Counted from the first letter of the stretch, positions 12,460 through 26,836 are shown. The stretch: DNA of 64,000 nt from Eledone cirrhosa (GCA_964016885.1 OZ024742.1:202678001-202742000), one strand, 5' to 3'. Translations and numbers: made by a program. Notes: generated by a model not told the origin, from the sequence alone.

Positions 12460-13676
12460 GTCCTTGGTTCAATCGGAAGTAACCGCAGTCAGTTAGGTGC
12501 TCAATACATTAGTAGAATGTAAACATGAAGTTGAATATAGAAATGGTTTCTATAGGACTATAACTGTTTCATTCAAAACAAATCACCAGGAAAGTTTTCC
12601 TGACTTTCATCCTGACGTCACTAGCCCCGTTTTTCATAATCACGCATGATGGTGAACTAGCCAGTTTTAGAATTCCCTTTTAGGCTTATAATTCTGTGGT
12701 AGCCCTGGCTATCTGTTGAGCTCTGCTGACGATTGAAATCCAACCGTGACCATCTCCACTGAAAGTTTTCATGAAATAGTCTTTAAGACTATACAGAGCA
12801 TTTGATGTTTTTCCAAATTGAAGGATAAGTATTTTAAACTTTATTTTATCATGAGTTAAGGGTCTATTGATTTTTCCCTGGATTTCACTAAATTCTGTGG
12901 ATGAATTTGTATCCTGATTCTCTTTTGAGATGCGTTTGAATTATTTTTCCTAAATCTTACGTTAACTACGTTTCCCATCTTGACGACATAGTCTCATATA
13001 TGTTATAGAATACTATTAGCTTCTCGCTAAAACAATTTCTATACCTTTCATTTATACTTATACTCGGATTCTTTTCCTAGAGTGCTTAAATTATCTGTGA
13101 CTAATCCCGGTTTTTTTTATAAAAACTGCGATAATATTGCTTCTTGCTGAACTCCTTTTGTAGAGTTTTTTTCAGAATGTATTTGACTGTTATTTCTTGT
13201 AAATAAACATTCACTTCCATCCTGGCGTCACTAGCCCGGTTTTTCCTCATGTGCGTTTTTCATAATCACGCATGATGGTGAACTAGCCAGTTTTAGAATT
13301 CCCTTTTAGGCTTATAATTCTGTGGTAGCCCTGGTTATCTGTTGAGCTCTGCTGACGATTGAAATCCAAATGTGACCATCTCCACTGAAAGTTTTCATGA
13401 AATAGTCTTTAAGACTATACAGAGCATTTGATGTTTTTTCCAAATTGAAGGATAAGTATTTTAAACTTTATTTTATCATGAGTTAAGGGTCTATTGATTT
13501 TTCCCTGGATTTCACTAAATTCTGTGGATGAATTTGTATCCTGATTCTCTTTTGAGATGAGTTTGAATTATTTTTCCTAAATCTTACGTTAACTACGTTT
13601 CCCATCTTGACGACATAGTCGCATATATGTTATAGAATACTATTAGCTTCTCGCTAAAACAATTTCTATACCTTTC

Positions 13677-13680
<4 letters not shown>
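12460..13680 (-). mobile_element. Decayed PLE 3' fragment (family F terminus) with an internal ~450-bp direct duplication
   Basis: 12460-12595 matches 23803-23925 and 30591-30717; 12603-13052 is duplicated at 13214-13680; weak GIY-YIG-like residues (NSSTEFS...KIKFKIL) on minus. Confidence 0.5.
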
Positions 13681-13740
<60 letters not shown>

Positions 13741-14239
13741 TTATATGTATATGCGCCAGTGTCTGTCTGTCTGTTTGTCTCTCTCTCCCTGTCTCTCTTC
13801 CTCTCTCCCTCTCCCCCCTCTCTCTCTATCTTTCTCTCTTTCTCGGTCTCTCTACCTTTATCTCTCTGTACGACGCATTGTAAATTTGATAGCTATTTAT
13901 AATAGAGAGACTTTAGAAAATCATCCCCATAGTCATGACTCGGTATTTGGTGAATTAAAACTAAGTAAAGAGCCCATAGCTCCTGATGGAGTCGAGGAGC
14001 ACATTTGTAACACACGGTTCATATTGGGCATTTTAAAGCTGGTAGAGCACATACGTCTTCAAGTCGAGGCCCAACTTGTGACTTTCAGAGAAAGAGAGAG
14101 ACGTCTGGGAGAGAAACAAGTAATAAAGAGAAATGTAATAGGTGCCAGCCCTACTACATGACTGACGCGGTCGCTCTCTGATAGGTTTACGGTCGAGCTC
14201 GTAGCACTAGAGACTTCTGATGTTCTTGGCCCTACTCAC

Positions 14240-14383
14240 CACCAACGAATTTGCCTATCCGCTGGTGTGAGCCTCGCGAGCTGGAATAGCTCTTCCAACG
14301 CGCCTCCCTCACCATCTTCCAGGGAAACACCTCTATTCTGTCCACTGGGTCCGCGGGGAGGCCAGTGCATGGACTCGCATTTG
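14240..14383 (-). CDS. Candidate internal coding exon of an unidentified host gene (144 bp)
   Basis: Pyrimidine tract plus tataag| acceptor and |gtgagt donor; GC-rich island; length divisible by 3; open frame NASPCTGLPADPVDRIEVFPWKMVREARWKSYSSSRGSHQRIGKFVG (a second frame is also open). Confidence 0.55.
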
Positions 14384-15748
14384 CTTATAATAGTGAGAGA
14401 TGGGGAGAGCGAGAGAGGCGGAGACTGTTAGTGAAATAGAGAGAACATTAACGCACACCAGCACTCGATAAGACAACGATAGATGTTATTTTGAGAAAAC
14501 ATAACGGAATATGTATTCAGAGCGCAGTAAGCCGAGCAAATACCGAAGCCATTTTTTTCATTTTTACAACGCCCTAACGGATCTGCCAATTCATGGTTAA
14601 TATAGGAAAATAGTAACAATTAGAAATTTAATCAACTGTTTTAGCAAGATTTCAAATTAAAATTCTCAGGCCAAATTTGAACAAAAGTTTCATTAGAAAG
14701 CTCTGAAATATAGACTTTTAATAGAAGACACATTCTAAATTAAGAAAACTCATTTATCCAATACCGGACTCCTTATGTGATTATATTATGTTCCACATTT
14801 AGCCAATTAATAATTATTTATATATATATATATTATATATATATATACACGCACACATGTGTTATATATATATATATATATAATTTTGTAAATAAATGAA
14901 CGTAATATTAAAAAAAATAATTTTAAAGTGCAAGTAAATTTCATTACATATAAGTTTAATTTCACATTCATGGATGTTTACATCGATATTAATAGTGAAA
15001 AATTCAAAATCTTTTATTTTCAAATATTCTCCAACTGAAAAGAATAAATGACAAATTACCGACCAGGCTCTAACCATAAAATAATATATTTATCAATAGA
15101 GAATGTCTTGATAAGTTGTGTGAATATATGTACAAGCCTTGGGGATAGATCCTATCACCCTATCCCCTTCCTCCCTTTTTTCCGTGGCCTAATAGTCTTT
15201 TTTCCCCCTTTTTTCTTTCATTTATGCCATTTATAGTCCTTTCCGCTACTTTCCTTTACAGCCAGATCTGCCCTTCTTTACGCCTTCCCCGCATTTTTCA
15301 TTACTTAATTTTGTTTTTACCTTTCTTTTTTTTTCTTCATATTTTTCATATTTCCATCATTGTATAAGTTCTTTTATATATTGTTTCAATATCATTATTT
15401 ATTTCACAATGTGGAATGGTGGTATATAATTACGGCCCTTTACATTCTGAGTTCTAATCTCCCCGAGTCGAGAATACCATGGCAAATATAAATCCTATAT
15501 TTAATTCTAAACGCCCTACTTACTTGATCATTCTTTTTTTATTTACTCTCGTTGAATCATATGAAAATATAAATAACTGGAGCTTATAACTGGAATAGCT
15601 TGAATTTCGATACATACTATCTCAAAATTAGCATTAGCTTTTTCTTAAATCGAAATATGTATCCATTACATGAACAATATTCGTTTGTGCTTTCTCTATA
15701 TTTTGAGGACCAGATTATATTTGTCATTTCTGTTGTTTATACAGTAGT

Positions 15749-16058
15749 CATGGTTGAATTTAGAGCTTGGGGCGGACCGGAGCACTTCAGGCTTGGAGAG
15801 GCCCCTTATATGCAAAACATTAGAATACATAGTATACCCAACAATTTTACATATCAAATAAGATTTGCGCAAGTAAGTGGAATTGAAAAGTTATGCATAT
15901 GCATAACTTTTCAATTCCACTTGGTATTACATTCAAAAATGTTAACCATCCTAAAACTAAAAAACCCAGCTTTGGGCACAAATAAATTGCTACGGCTGTC
16001 TCGGGTGCAGCCTCTCGCTGTAATTTACCCCCTTTTCCCCCCATTAAATCCGGCCTTG
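15749..16058. mobile_element. hAT-like MITE containing a perfect 48-bp palindrome
   Basis: Degenerate TIRs catggttgaattta / taaatccggccttg; imperfect 8-bp TSD acagtagt / tcagcagt; palindrome 15875-15922. Confidence 0.55.
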
Positions 16059-17796
16059 TCAGCAGTGTTTGATTTGAGATATATCTGGTTGTTATTTCTA
16101 GTTGATCATTTGGTTCACTAAATGAGATAAATTAGCTGTAATTGTAAGCTGTGTTATCTAAAGCCGTAGTCCCCAACCGCTTATTTCGCGATACGAGCTC
16201 CAGACATTACTGGGTGACTTATAAAGAACCCTTAAATTTGATATTTCACGATACGGCTTAAGAATATTTAGATTTAGTATTTCTTGATATAACTCCATAT
16301 ATCTCTCCGGAATTTATACTAAGCCCTCAATTCGATATTTTACGATAAGAGCCACAAATATCATTACTGGGTAACTTCTCATATACCACTTCCTATCCGC
16401 CTCTCTAAAAATTTGTGGCAAAGAGGAAAGCTATTTAAATCGACCCCAACATATGACTGGTACTCTATAATATTAAAGATAACATTGAAGGTTGGTAAAT
16501 ATGAAAACGCTATATGACTGGTCAGCAATATATATATATACAATGATTAAATAACAGTTGATGAAATGCTGGAGGCTCACTGTGTCAGTGATGTTTGTAG
16601 AATCTATCGATGATAAGGGATCGCGTTAGCCTGCATTCGGTCAGCACATATGTACGTTCAGGTGTTTTTTTTAAAGCTTCTTTTCATACAAAGCTATACC
16701 ATTTGATAAAAGAGTCATATATTAATGTAGATGTTTTAATATATCATAAAGCAGTATTAAACTTTACTGTAGGAACGTCTGGCCATATGGGCTTAAGGTA
16801 TCGAATTAACCATCATAAGGTTTTGGTTCGTTGTGTTCTCGAGCGCGCCGCTTCATTTAACGTTTCTTTCTGTGATAGGATTGTGACCCCTAACATAAAA
16901 ACACCCGAGAAACTTTCTATGAGATGAAGCATCTTAGGAGAACATCGAAACCTGCATAGCTGTAAATAACATTTAAGATTTCATTTCAAACGTTATCAAT
17001 AAACCATTTAAGCCCTCTCTATCATGATCCCTAAAAATATTTTAATGTGGTCGTTGAGTTCTTATGTATCAAAGTGGAAGATCATTGATTTAAGACATAC
17101 CTAAATAGTTTCCAAATTAAAAACAGCCATAGAAAGCTAGTGGTGATTAGGAAGGTTTCAGAAAAAATAATTCAGTAAAGTTCGCAAATATGAATAAGTT
17201 GTTAAGGTAACTCAAGAATGTTCTATCAGTAAAGTAATATATGAATATCGACTTTAAATACTTTACCAATGACTTCATTCTTGAAACATATTGCAAATGC
17301 TCTAACAATACAATACAATACAGTACAATGCAATACAAATATATGAATACAACTATTTTTGTCATCTTCCCCGATCCGTTTTAGGGTATTTCCTTCCCAT
17401 ACAGCTTTACACAATACAGATATGATATTATTTTGATTTTTCAAGAATCATTAACGCCAATATATTACACGGAATTCTATGTCATTTTTATAATTCTTTG
17501 CTTCGAGCAAGACACAGAGAAGTATCACGTTAGTATAGAAAACATTGTCATATATAACTAACTTTTCCTCGTTCCAGTTATTCCTTTGTACCATTACAGA
17601 ATAACGCACATACCTATTTAGGTCTCTGTTCAATATGTTTGTCATTATATATGTACAAGTAGATAATCTATTGTTTTACAGATGGAGTAAGAAATATTTG
17701 GTTTTCTTCACCAATTCTTAACAGTCACTTTTGTGGACTATATATATATACGTATATACATGTATACGTATATGCATGTATATGTATAGGTATGTG

Positions 17797-17893
<97 letters not shown>

Positions 17894-18329
17894 GTGTGTG
17901 CGTGCGTATGTGTGTGTGTGTGTGTATGTATCTATGTTGTATTAGTTCCTTGGTTCAAGTCATCAGAGTTTCCTTTCGTTGTTGTTTCGAGTTTTATCAT
18001 TTATTATTGTAGTTGTAGTGGTAATAACCGTACTATCGTTGGTAGTTGAAAAGATCAGGAAAAGAAACGTGACAATCTGCTGTGTATTCACGTAATTTGT
18101 TGTTGCTACCATAAGTCACGATGGTGACGGCTGTGAGAAGGACAGATTTTTCTTGTTGAACACTATGACGTCTTATAGTATAGTACGATGTTTTTCCACC
18201 AAGACTCGCTAGGTTTTGGGTTTTCCTTTTTACTTTCTCTCCCGTATTGTCCAAAATAGGGCTGCGCTATTCATAGAGAGAAACAGGGTATCTTATTTAC
18301 AGATACTTCAGCAATTTATGTTTCAAACA

Positions 18330-20390
18330 CATCACAACACAAGAAAACTCATCATATTACAAAAATCAACATTTTAGTACATCACGATACATCTCAATAC
18401 GACCTAACACAACATTACACAGCACAACATATCACATCACAACATAATACATCACAACATAACACATCGCAACATTACACATCGCAACATAACACATCAC
18501 AACATAATACATCACAACATAACACATCACATCATTACACAGCACAACATTACACAGCACAACATATCACATCACAACATAATACATCACAACATAACAC
18601 ATCGCAACATTACACATCACAACATAACACATCACAACATAATACATCACAACATAACACATCACATCATTACACAGCACAACATTACACAGCACAACAT
18701 ATCACATCACAACATAATACATTACAACATATCACATCACAACATAATACATCACAACATAACACATCGCAACATTACACATCGCAACATAACACATCGC
18801 AACATAATACATCACAACATAACACATCACATCATTACACAGCACAACATTACACAGCACAACATATCACATCACAACATAATACATCACAACATAACAC
18901 ATCACATCATTACACATCACAATATATATCAACATAACACATCACAACATAACACATCGCAGCATTACACATCGCAACATTACACATCACAACATAACAC
19001 ATCACAACATAACACATCACAACATAACACATCACAACATAACACATCGCAACATAATACATCACAACATAACACATCACATCATTACACAGCACAACAT
19101 TACACAGCACAACATATCACATCACAACATAATACATCACAACATAACACATCACATCATTACACATCACAATATATATCAACATAACACATCACAACAT
19201 AACACATCGCAGCATTACACATCGCAACATTACACATCACAACATAACACATCATATCATTACACAGCACAACATATCACATCACAACATAATACATCAC
19301 AACATAACACATCGCAGCATAACACATCGCAACATTACACATCACAACATAACACATCACAACATAACACATCACAACATAACACATCACAACATAACAC
19401 ATCACAACATAACACATCACAACATAATACATCACAACATAACACACCACATCATTACACATCACAATATATCACATCACAACATAACACATCTCAACAT
19501 AACACATCGCAACATTACACATCGCAACATAACACATCACGACATTACACATCACAACATAACACATCACAACATAATACATCACAACATTAAACATCAC
19601 AACATAACACATCACAACATAACACATCGCAACATTACACATCGCAACATTACACATCACAACATAACACATCGCAACATTACACATCGCAACATTACAC
19701 ATCACAACATAACACATCACAACATAACACATCACAACATTACACATCACAACATAACACATCACAACATAATACATCACAACATAACACATCACATCAT
19801 TACACATCACAATATATCACATCACAACATAATACATCACAACATAACACATCACAATATAACACATCACAACATATCACATCACAATATAACACACCTC
19901 AATATATCACATCACAACATGCTCAACAAATCACATCACCACATGCTGAACACATCACAACACAGCATATCATGTCACAACACATCACGTCACAATATAT
20001 TTCAGAACGCATCAAAATATGCACAACACCCCGCCACACGAAAAAAAAACACATCACAACACAACACATCACAGCGCAACACAACACATCTCATAACACA
20101 TTACATCACAACACAACTCATCACAAAATAACACAACACAGCACAGCACAACAGAACATCTCCTAACACATCACAACACATCACAGCGCAACACAACACA
20201 TCTCATAACACATTACATCACAACACAACACATCACAAAATAACACAACGCATCACAACACAGCACAGCATAACAGAACGTCTCCTAACACATCACAACG
20301 CTGAAGAGCACATGACTATACCACACAACACATAACAATACCACGCAACACATCACAGTGCCACACATTACATCATAGCAAAACATAACA
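18330..20390. repeat. 15-bp minisatellite (ACATAACACATCACA) built from pentamers, with higher-order blocks and degenerate flanks
   Basis: Direct reading; produces the spurious MCYVV ORFs. Confidence 0.95.
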
Positions 20391-20404
20391 CCGTGCTAAA
20401 TGTC

Positions 20405-20791
20405 TTCACTCAATCCTTTGTTTCTTCTCGTCTGTCTCTTTGTCCCTCTCACCCTCTCTCCCTCGCCCACTTTATCTATTTATGGTTCCTTTTTTCTCTT
20501 CCTCTCTCTTTCTCATTCTCTACTTCCCCTTTTCTCTACCTCTCTCTTTCTCATTCTCTAGTTCCCCTTTTTTCTTCCTCTCTCTTTCACATTCTCTATC
20601 TCTCTGTTTCTCAACCTCTCTCTTTCACTCTCCCTCTCTACCTCCCTCCACCTCTCTCTCTCTCTCACCCTCTCCCTCTCTCTACTTTCTCTCTTTCTTT
20701 CCAACACCTACATACTTACAAAGCATACACGGGCAAGATTTAAAAGACTTACAAGGAAGGTCAAATGCAAAACAGAGTCGCAGAGTGTGTA

Positions 20792-20868
<77 letters not shown>

Positions 20869-20992
20869 AAGCGAGTGACAAAGAAACAGAGAGACAGAGA
20901 CAGAGAACGAGAGAGAGTGAGAGGAAGAAAGAAAGAAAGAAAGAAAGTAAGAACGCAAGAAAGAAAAAAATAACGAAAGAACGAAAGAACGA

Positions 20993-21064
<72 letters not shown>

Positions 21065-21065
21065 A
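20405..21065. repeat. CT-rich low-complexity sequence, (GA)n and (AAAG)n microsatellites
   Basis: Direct reading. Confidence 0.95.
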
Positions 21066-21349
21066 ATAACTTTGAATTAATCTATCCTGTCATTTCCACT
21101 CGGTACTTCGACAACATCCCACACATTCTTGTCGTGTTAATCTCAACAATGATGACCATTTTTCAATGTGACACATCGAATCCCTGTTATTAAATCGATA
21201 ATGCAGAATAGCTCAAAAAGCAGAAAATGAAATGCATGGTTTTTAACTCTTCAACAGAAATACCGTTGATTGTTGTCACAACACCATTATTATATATTAA
21301 TTATGGGATGTGTGCACGTGTGTGTGTGCATATACATATATACATATAA

Positions 21350-21524
<175 letters not shown>

Positions 21525-21555
21525 GGTGTGTATATATATATATATATATATATAT

Positions 21556-21616
21556 TACTCGTTTACTCGTTTACCTGTTTCAGCCATCCGGCTGAGGCCA
21601 TGCTGGGGCACCGCCC
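21556..21616 (-). mobile_element. Isolated 3' tail of a cephalopod SINE/LINE inside (TA)n
   Basis: Minus strand: ggcggtgccccagcatggcc...gctgaaacaggtaaacgagtaaacgag. Confidence 0.55.
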
Positions 21617-22155
21617 CATATATATATATATATATATATTAATTAAAATAACAGATTAAAGTTTAAGAAAAGAATCGCTGCTTATATATATGTATATATA
21701 TACACACACACAAATATATCTATATATCTAGATATATATATATATATAAATATAAATTACCGAGAATCGATTTTCAGCTCAGGAATTAACGAAAAACACT
21801 TCCGAGTTGTGTGGCAAGCGCTCGATAATTCATATGAATCAGAGCTACAACATACGTTAAAGGCCAAACACACTGAGATGGTGGTTAATCTAATCATCCG
21901 CACAACCAAAAAAAAACGATCAAGTAATTCGGGTCAAACAAATAAAAATATATGTTATTGAAAATTTACCCGGACCCCTGGAGAGATGGTAAAATCCAGT
22001 ATTTGGGTTTCTGCGACTCCATAAATCAATTACTGTCCGCTTACATAAAGAACGTTAGGCTTCTGGTAAGATGACTGAACAAGGAAGCCACTTTGTCAAC
22101 AGGTTTTTGCTCAAATGCTATATATATATATATATACACGCACAAATATGTATAT

Positions 22156-22221
<66 letters not shown>

Positions 22222-22535
22222 TCTTTAAATGCGGGTGGTTTAAGGATCAGGGTGTTCGGTTTAGTATCGTAAGGACGTGGGCTATATTGCGGGTGGTGTG
22301 TTATTCCCTTGAGTTATTCACGTTATTTCGCGTTGCTTCTGTACACACAGTTTGCAAAAATACCTTGTATCTGTTGTTCTAAAGGGCCAGTCATCACAAA
22401 CTCTATCACGCTGAATTGCCCCGAGCACTACGTTATGTGTGTATGCGTCTGCAGAATGCTCAGCCACTTGCACATTAGTTTGAGAAACAGTCTTTTCTGT
22501 TATTCGAAAAAGTGGAACACATACACACTCACACA

Positions 22536-22598
<63 letters not shown>

Positions 22599-22709
22599 AT
22601 ACACACATACATACGCACACACACACACACACACACACACATAACAGGCTGAATGAGTTGGGGCCCAGAACCCAACGAAACTTGAGTATCTGTTTATGTC
22701 ACTGTTGTG

Positions 22710-22756
<47 letters not shown>

Positions 22757-22772
<16 letters not shown>

Positions 22773-23785
22773 ATTTGAAGACTAAAATCCAAAGAGGGTT
22801 CGATAAGGATAAATATATATCAGATATATAAGAACCGTAGAGCAAATATTTATTAAAATAACAGATTAAAGTTTAAGCAAAGAATTGCTGCTTTCACCCT
22901 TAACGGGATCTCCTGAAACTGAAAAAAGTCAATCTGTGAATGCAGAACTAAATATTTCAAAAAACGTTGCAAGCGGAGGAAGACAAAAAGATGATACTTT
23001 CGTGGAAACGTTCCCTGGCAAAGAATGGGGAAAAAAACGAAGATAATACGTCATTATTTGGTGCGGAGAAAACAATCACACGCAAAGACAAAACCACGTT
23101 TATGGTATAAATGAAGTCGTAAACTAATATTCTATTAAGTGGTTCATAGATACGTTCCCTGGCATTGAACGGAAAAAACGAAGATAATACGTCATTATGT
23201 GGAGCAAAAAGAACAATTACACGCAAAGACAAAACCACGTAAATGGTATAACTGAAGTCGTAGACTAAAATTCTATTTAGAAAACCGAATGATTCTCGGC
23301 TTCAGAGTTTACCTCTTTATTCTTAAATAAAGAGGTAATTGAAATTAAATATATACATAAACACATCTATATACGTACATACACAAGCATACGCGAAAAC
23401 ACACCCCATGGGTATGCAAATAGAAGCACGTACACGAAAAAAACCCAGAAAAAATAAACACGCACGCACATACAGGATCCATGCAACGCCTGTACCCGCA
23501 CTAGTCTACTTCTTTTATACCATAAACGTGGTTTTGTCTTCGCGTGTAATTGTTTTTCACCGCACCAAATAATGACGTATTATCTTCGTTTTTTTCCGGT
23601 TCTTTGCCAGGGAACGTTTCCACGAACCAAAGTATCGTCTTTTTGTCTTCCTTCGGTTGCAACGTTTTTCGAAATATTTACTTCTGCGTTCACAGATTGA
23701 TTTTTTCAGTTTCAGAAGATCCCGTTAAGGGTGAAAAAGCAGCGATTCTTTGCTTAAACTTTAATCTATTATTTTAATAAATATA
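22757..23785. mobile_element. Fold-back HHR element (family G)
   Basis: Arms ~22850-23110 / 23518-23783 are inverted; tail 22757-22850; homologous to 32153-33706, 61620-61830 and the stub at 21640. Confidence 0.8.
23708..23760 (+). ncRNA. Hammerhead-like motif, A4 core variant
   Basis: AGTTT-CAGAAGA-tCCC gttaa GGGt-GAAA-(AA)GCA...TGCT-T-AAACT. Confidence 0.6.
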
Positions 23786-23796
23786 TATATATATAA

Positions 23797-23926
23797 GTTT
23801 ATCCCGGGTTCAATCGGGGGTAACCACAGTAAGTAAGGTACTCAATACATAGCAGAGTATAAATATTTAGAAATAGCTTCTACAGGACTAGAGCAGTTTC
23901 ATTCGGGAGAAATCATCAGGAATCCC
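23797..23926 (-). mobile_element. Family F mini element with a minimal HHR (23885-23925)
   Basis: Minus strand: GGATTc-CTGATGA-tTTC tccc GAAt-GAAA-CTGC-TC-tAGTCC, followed by the ACTC...GAGT tail. Confidence 0.6.
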
Positions 23927-23941
23927 TGTGTATGTGTGTGC

Positions 23942-24090
<149 letters not shown>

Positions 24091-24608
24091 CGTGTGTGTG
24101 TGTGTGTGGGCGTGTGTGTGTGTGTGTGTTGGGAGGCTGTTTACCCTCAGTCATATGCTACCGGTGCTGTGAGAAAGCAACAGTAAGTATCAATGAATTG
24201 AAACAACAGGAGTAATTTTTGTTTCTTCTTCGTGTTTTTTCTGGGGGGTTTTCTATTCAACTTTTAGTTGTCTGATGAGGACATAACCTGTGGCATTACA
24301 ACTATCATCGAAAGAATCCAATAAAGTTCAGCAAAATGTGTTATATTTATATATTAGTTTAAATTTTCGATATCTTCGTAGAAGATAATATAAGAGAAAG
24401 CTAAGAAAGGCTGTTTGTGAGAGAAGAGATAAATATGAGATAGACGAAAGTAAAAATAAATGCATGACATACAAAGAAAATAGAATTGAAAGCTCAAGTT
24501 GTTGTTAATCGGGCATCTTGAAAATGGAAGTAATAGGAACATCGCCCAGAAATCATATCCTGCCCTTTTATAAGAAACATTCGATGATATTATAGCAATA
24601 CTTCCTAC

Positions 24609-24662
<54 letters not shown>

Positions 24663-24667
24663 CTGCA

Positions 24668-24702
<35 letters not shown>

Positions 24703-24704
<2 letters not shown>

Positions 24705-26265
24705 CTGCAGCCCAGATCTAAAAACAGACCAACTCCATCTGGAGAAGACAACTCCCAAATAAAGTTAAGCTCAACTACACCACTAGAAATAGCAGACTGC
24801 CCACTTTCTACCACCTCATCAAGACCCACAAGAATAGTACTAAGACACAAATAAGACCCATCGTCTCTAGCATAGAAGGACCCCTATACAAAATTTCCTG
24901 GCTCCTCTCCCAGGTCCTCAAGCCTCTACTCTCCACCTTTCCCGAGCATGCCAGTAGCTCCGACGAAGTCATACGTAGACTACACCAACTCCAGCCAGAA
25001 CAACTTAAACTAAATAGATACGCTTTAGCCTCGACGTTGTCTCCCTCTACACTACAGTCCCAGCTCATCCAGCTGTCGATTTGTTGACGGACTGCGTGGT
25101 CGCAGAGGATATCCACTGCTACGGCCTCCATCCGACGGACATACACCAGCTTTTGTACTTCACAGTGGACAACACGTACTTCACCTTCCACCACCACACA
25201 TACAGACAGACAACAGGATTACCCACGGGATCCAGCCTATCGGGCCTGCTGGCCATCACCTATATGAACCAGCTAGAATACCGAGCCCTCAACACCTGCC
25301 ATTCCCATATCTTCTTCACCCGATATGTAGATGACATACTCATCCTTACATCATCCCGTGAGGAGGCGGATAAAATATACACAACATTCTCCAGCATGGA
25401 CGCCAGTATAAAGTTCAGCATCGAACACCCCGATGACCGCGGATCCCTATCCCTACTGGACTTCCAACTCAGGGTAACAGAGGAAGGCAACATCCACACC
25501 TGCTTCTATAAAAAAGCCGCCAGCAGAGACCTGTTCGTACATTTCAGATCGGCCCTCCCAGCCGGCGCTAAGTTCGGATACATAAGGAACGAACTAACAC
25601 GTATCTGGAACAAATGCACCGACGCTAGAGACCGAGACACACACCACACATTTCCTGGAAGTACTCAAACTGAACGGATACACGACATCTACCACAAACC
25701 GTGCCAGAAAGAACAGAGGACACCACACCGGAGGCACTAACACTTGCTTCCTGAAGCTCCCACACTTCAGTGACGAAATAACAACAGCCATCCGCAGAGC
25801 TATCAGAGGAGAGGAACTAGATATCCAACTGGCACACTCAGGTCCTTTTCTACGCGGACAACTAACCAAAAGACACTCCACCAGACATGACAACAGCTGC
25901 AGGCTAGCCAACTGCCCCATCAACGATACAGACCTATGCCACCAGGCTTACGTCGTATACTGACTAGAGTGCGACAAATGCAGCAACTTCTACGTAGGTA
26001 GCACCACCAGACCACTCCACATAAGAATAAAAGAACACCTCAATACGTTAGCTTCCTCATTTAAGAAACACCTAGTTAAATGCAAAAACACCGACAAAAC
26101 CATAACAGTTAGGATAGAAACTAAGGAAAGAAACCTCGGCAATCTTAGAATTAAGGAAGCACTAATTATAGACAAAACACAACCACCAATCAATAATAGA
26201 CTAGAACTCAACACCCCCTCCCGCACACACACACGCACACACACACACACGCACGCACGCACACA

Positions 26266-26320
<55 letters not shown>

Positions 26321-26768
26321 ACACCGCCACTTATTCTCTCTCACATACACACAAAAAGACCAGATCTAACACGAGATAACATTTACGTATAGACATATCT
26401 TCTCACACTCACACACACACATACATACTTACACCTTCACGCATTCTCCCACACACTTAAACAGGCATGTAAAACAAAAAAAAACTTTTAAAGGGAGACT
26501 ACTCTTTATCCACCTAACCTTAACTCTTTGACATTAGAGATAGAACAGATACTCTACACCATTTCCTGTCAGCATGACTTGGCAAGCTATTTAGAACACT
26601 GGTTTAACCGCTTTACTTCCCTCCGAAGAAGAGATATTATCTCGAAAATTAAGGACATTTAAATAAATCTAAGGTAAAAGACTAATTGTCAACATTATCT
26701 TTTGCATTTGCATTCTTTATTCTATGTCGATACCTGCATTGTTTTGGCTTTATTATACATATACAAAC

Positions 26769-26770
<2 letters not shown>
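24703..26770 (+). mobile_element. 5'-truncated Penelope/Poseidon-type PLE (RT + GIY-YIG), frameshifted, with a 3' HHR
   Basis: RPIVSSIEGP, LDVVSLYT, GLPTGSSLSGLLA, FTRYVDD, LSLLDF; EN motif VVY*LECDKCSNFYVGSTTRPLHIRIKEH; flanked by (TA)n. Confidence 0.92.
26618..26655 (+). ncRNA. Minimal PLE hammerhead (C4 variant)
   Basis: TCC(C)T-CCGAAGA-aGAGAT att ATCTC-GAAA-AT-TA-AGGA. Confidence 0.7.

Positions 26771-26836
<66 letters not shown>

Noticed and set aside
13733-14161. 142-aa plus-strand ORF
   Set aside because: Starts in microsatellite/CT-rich sequence; no recognisable domain
18033-18266. Possible minus-strand exon with an acceptor at 18267
   Set aside because: The acceptor is plausible, but there is no convincing donor or recognisable protein; insufficient support
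18910-19810. Cys/Met/Val-rich repetitive proteins (MCYVV)n
   Set aside because: Reading frames through a 15-bp minisatellite, with no splice or gene context
24265-24320. CTGATGA...GAAA hammerhead-like motif (also ~53260-53315)
   Set aside because: Stems I-III could not be paired convincingly; at most decayed relics
25961-25963. In-frame TGA in the PLE endonuclease (and at 60098-60100) as possible selenocysteine
   Set aside because: Neither position is a conserved Cys, and both elements also carry frameshifts; ordinary nonsense decay such as CGA to TGA is simpler
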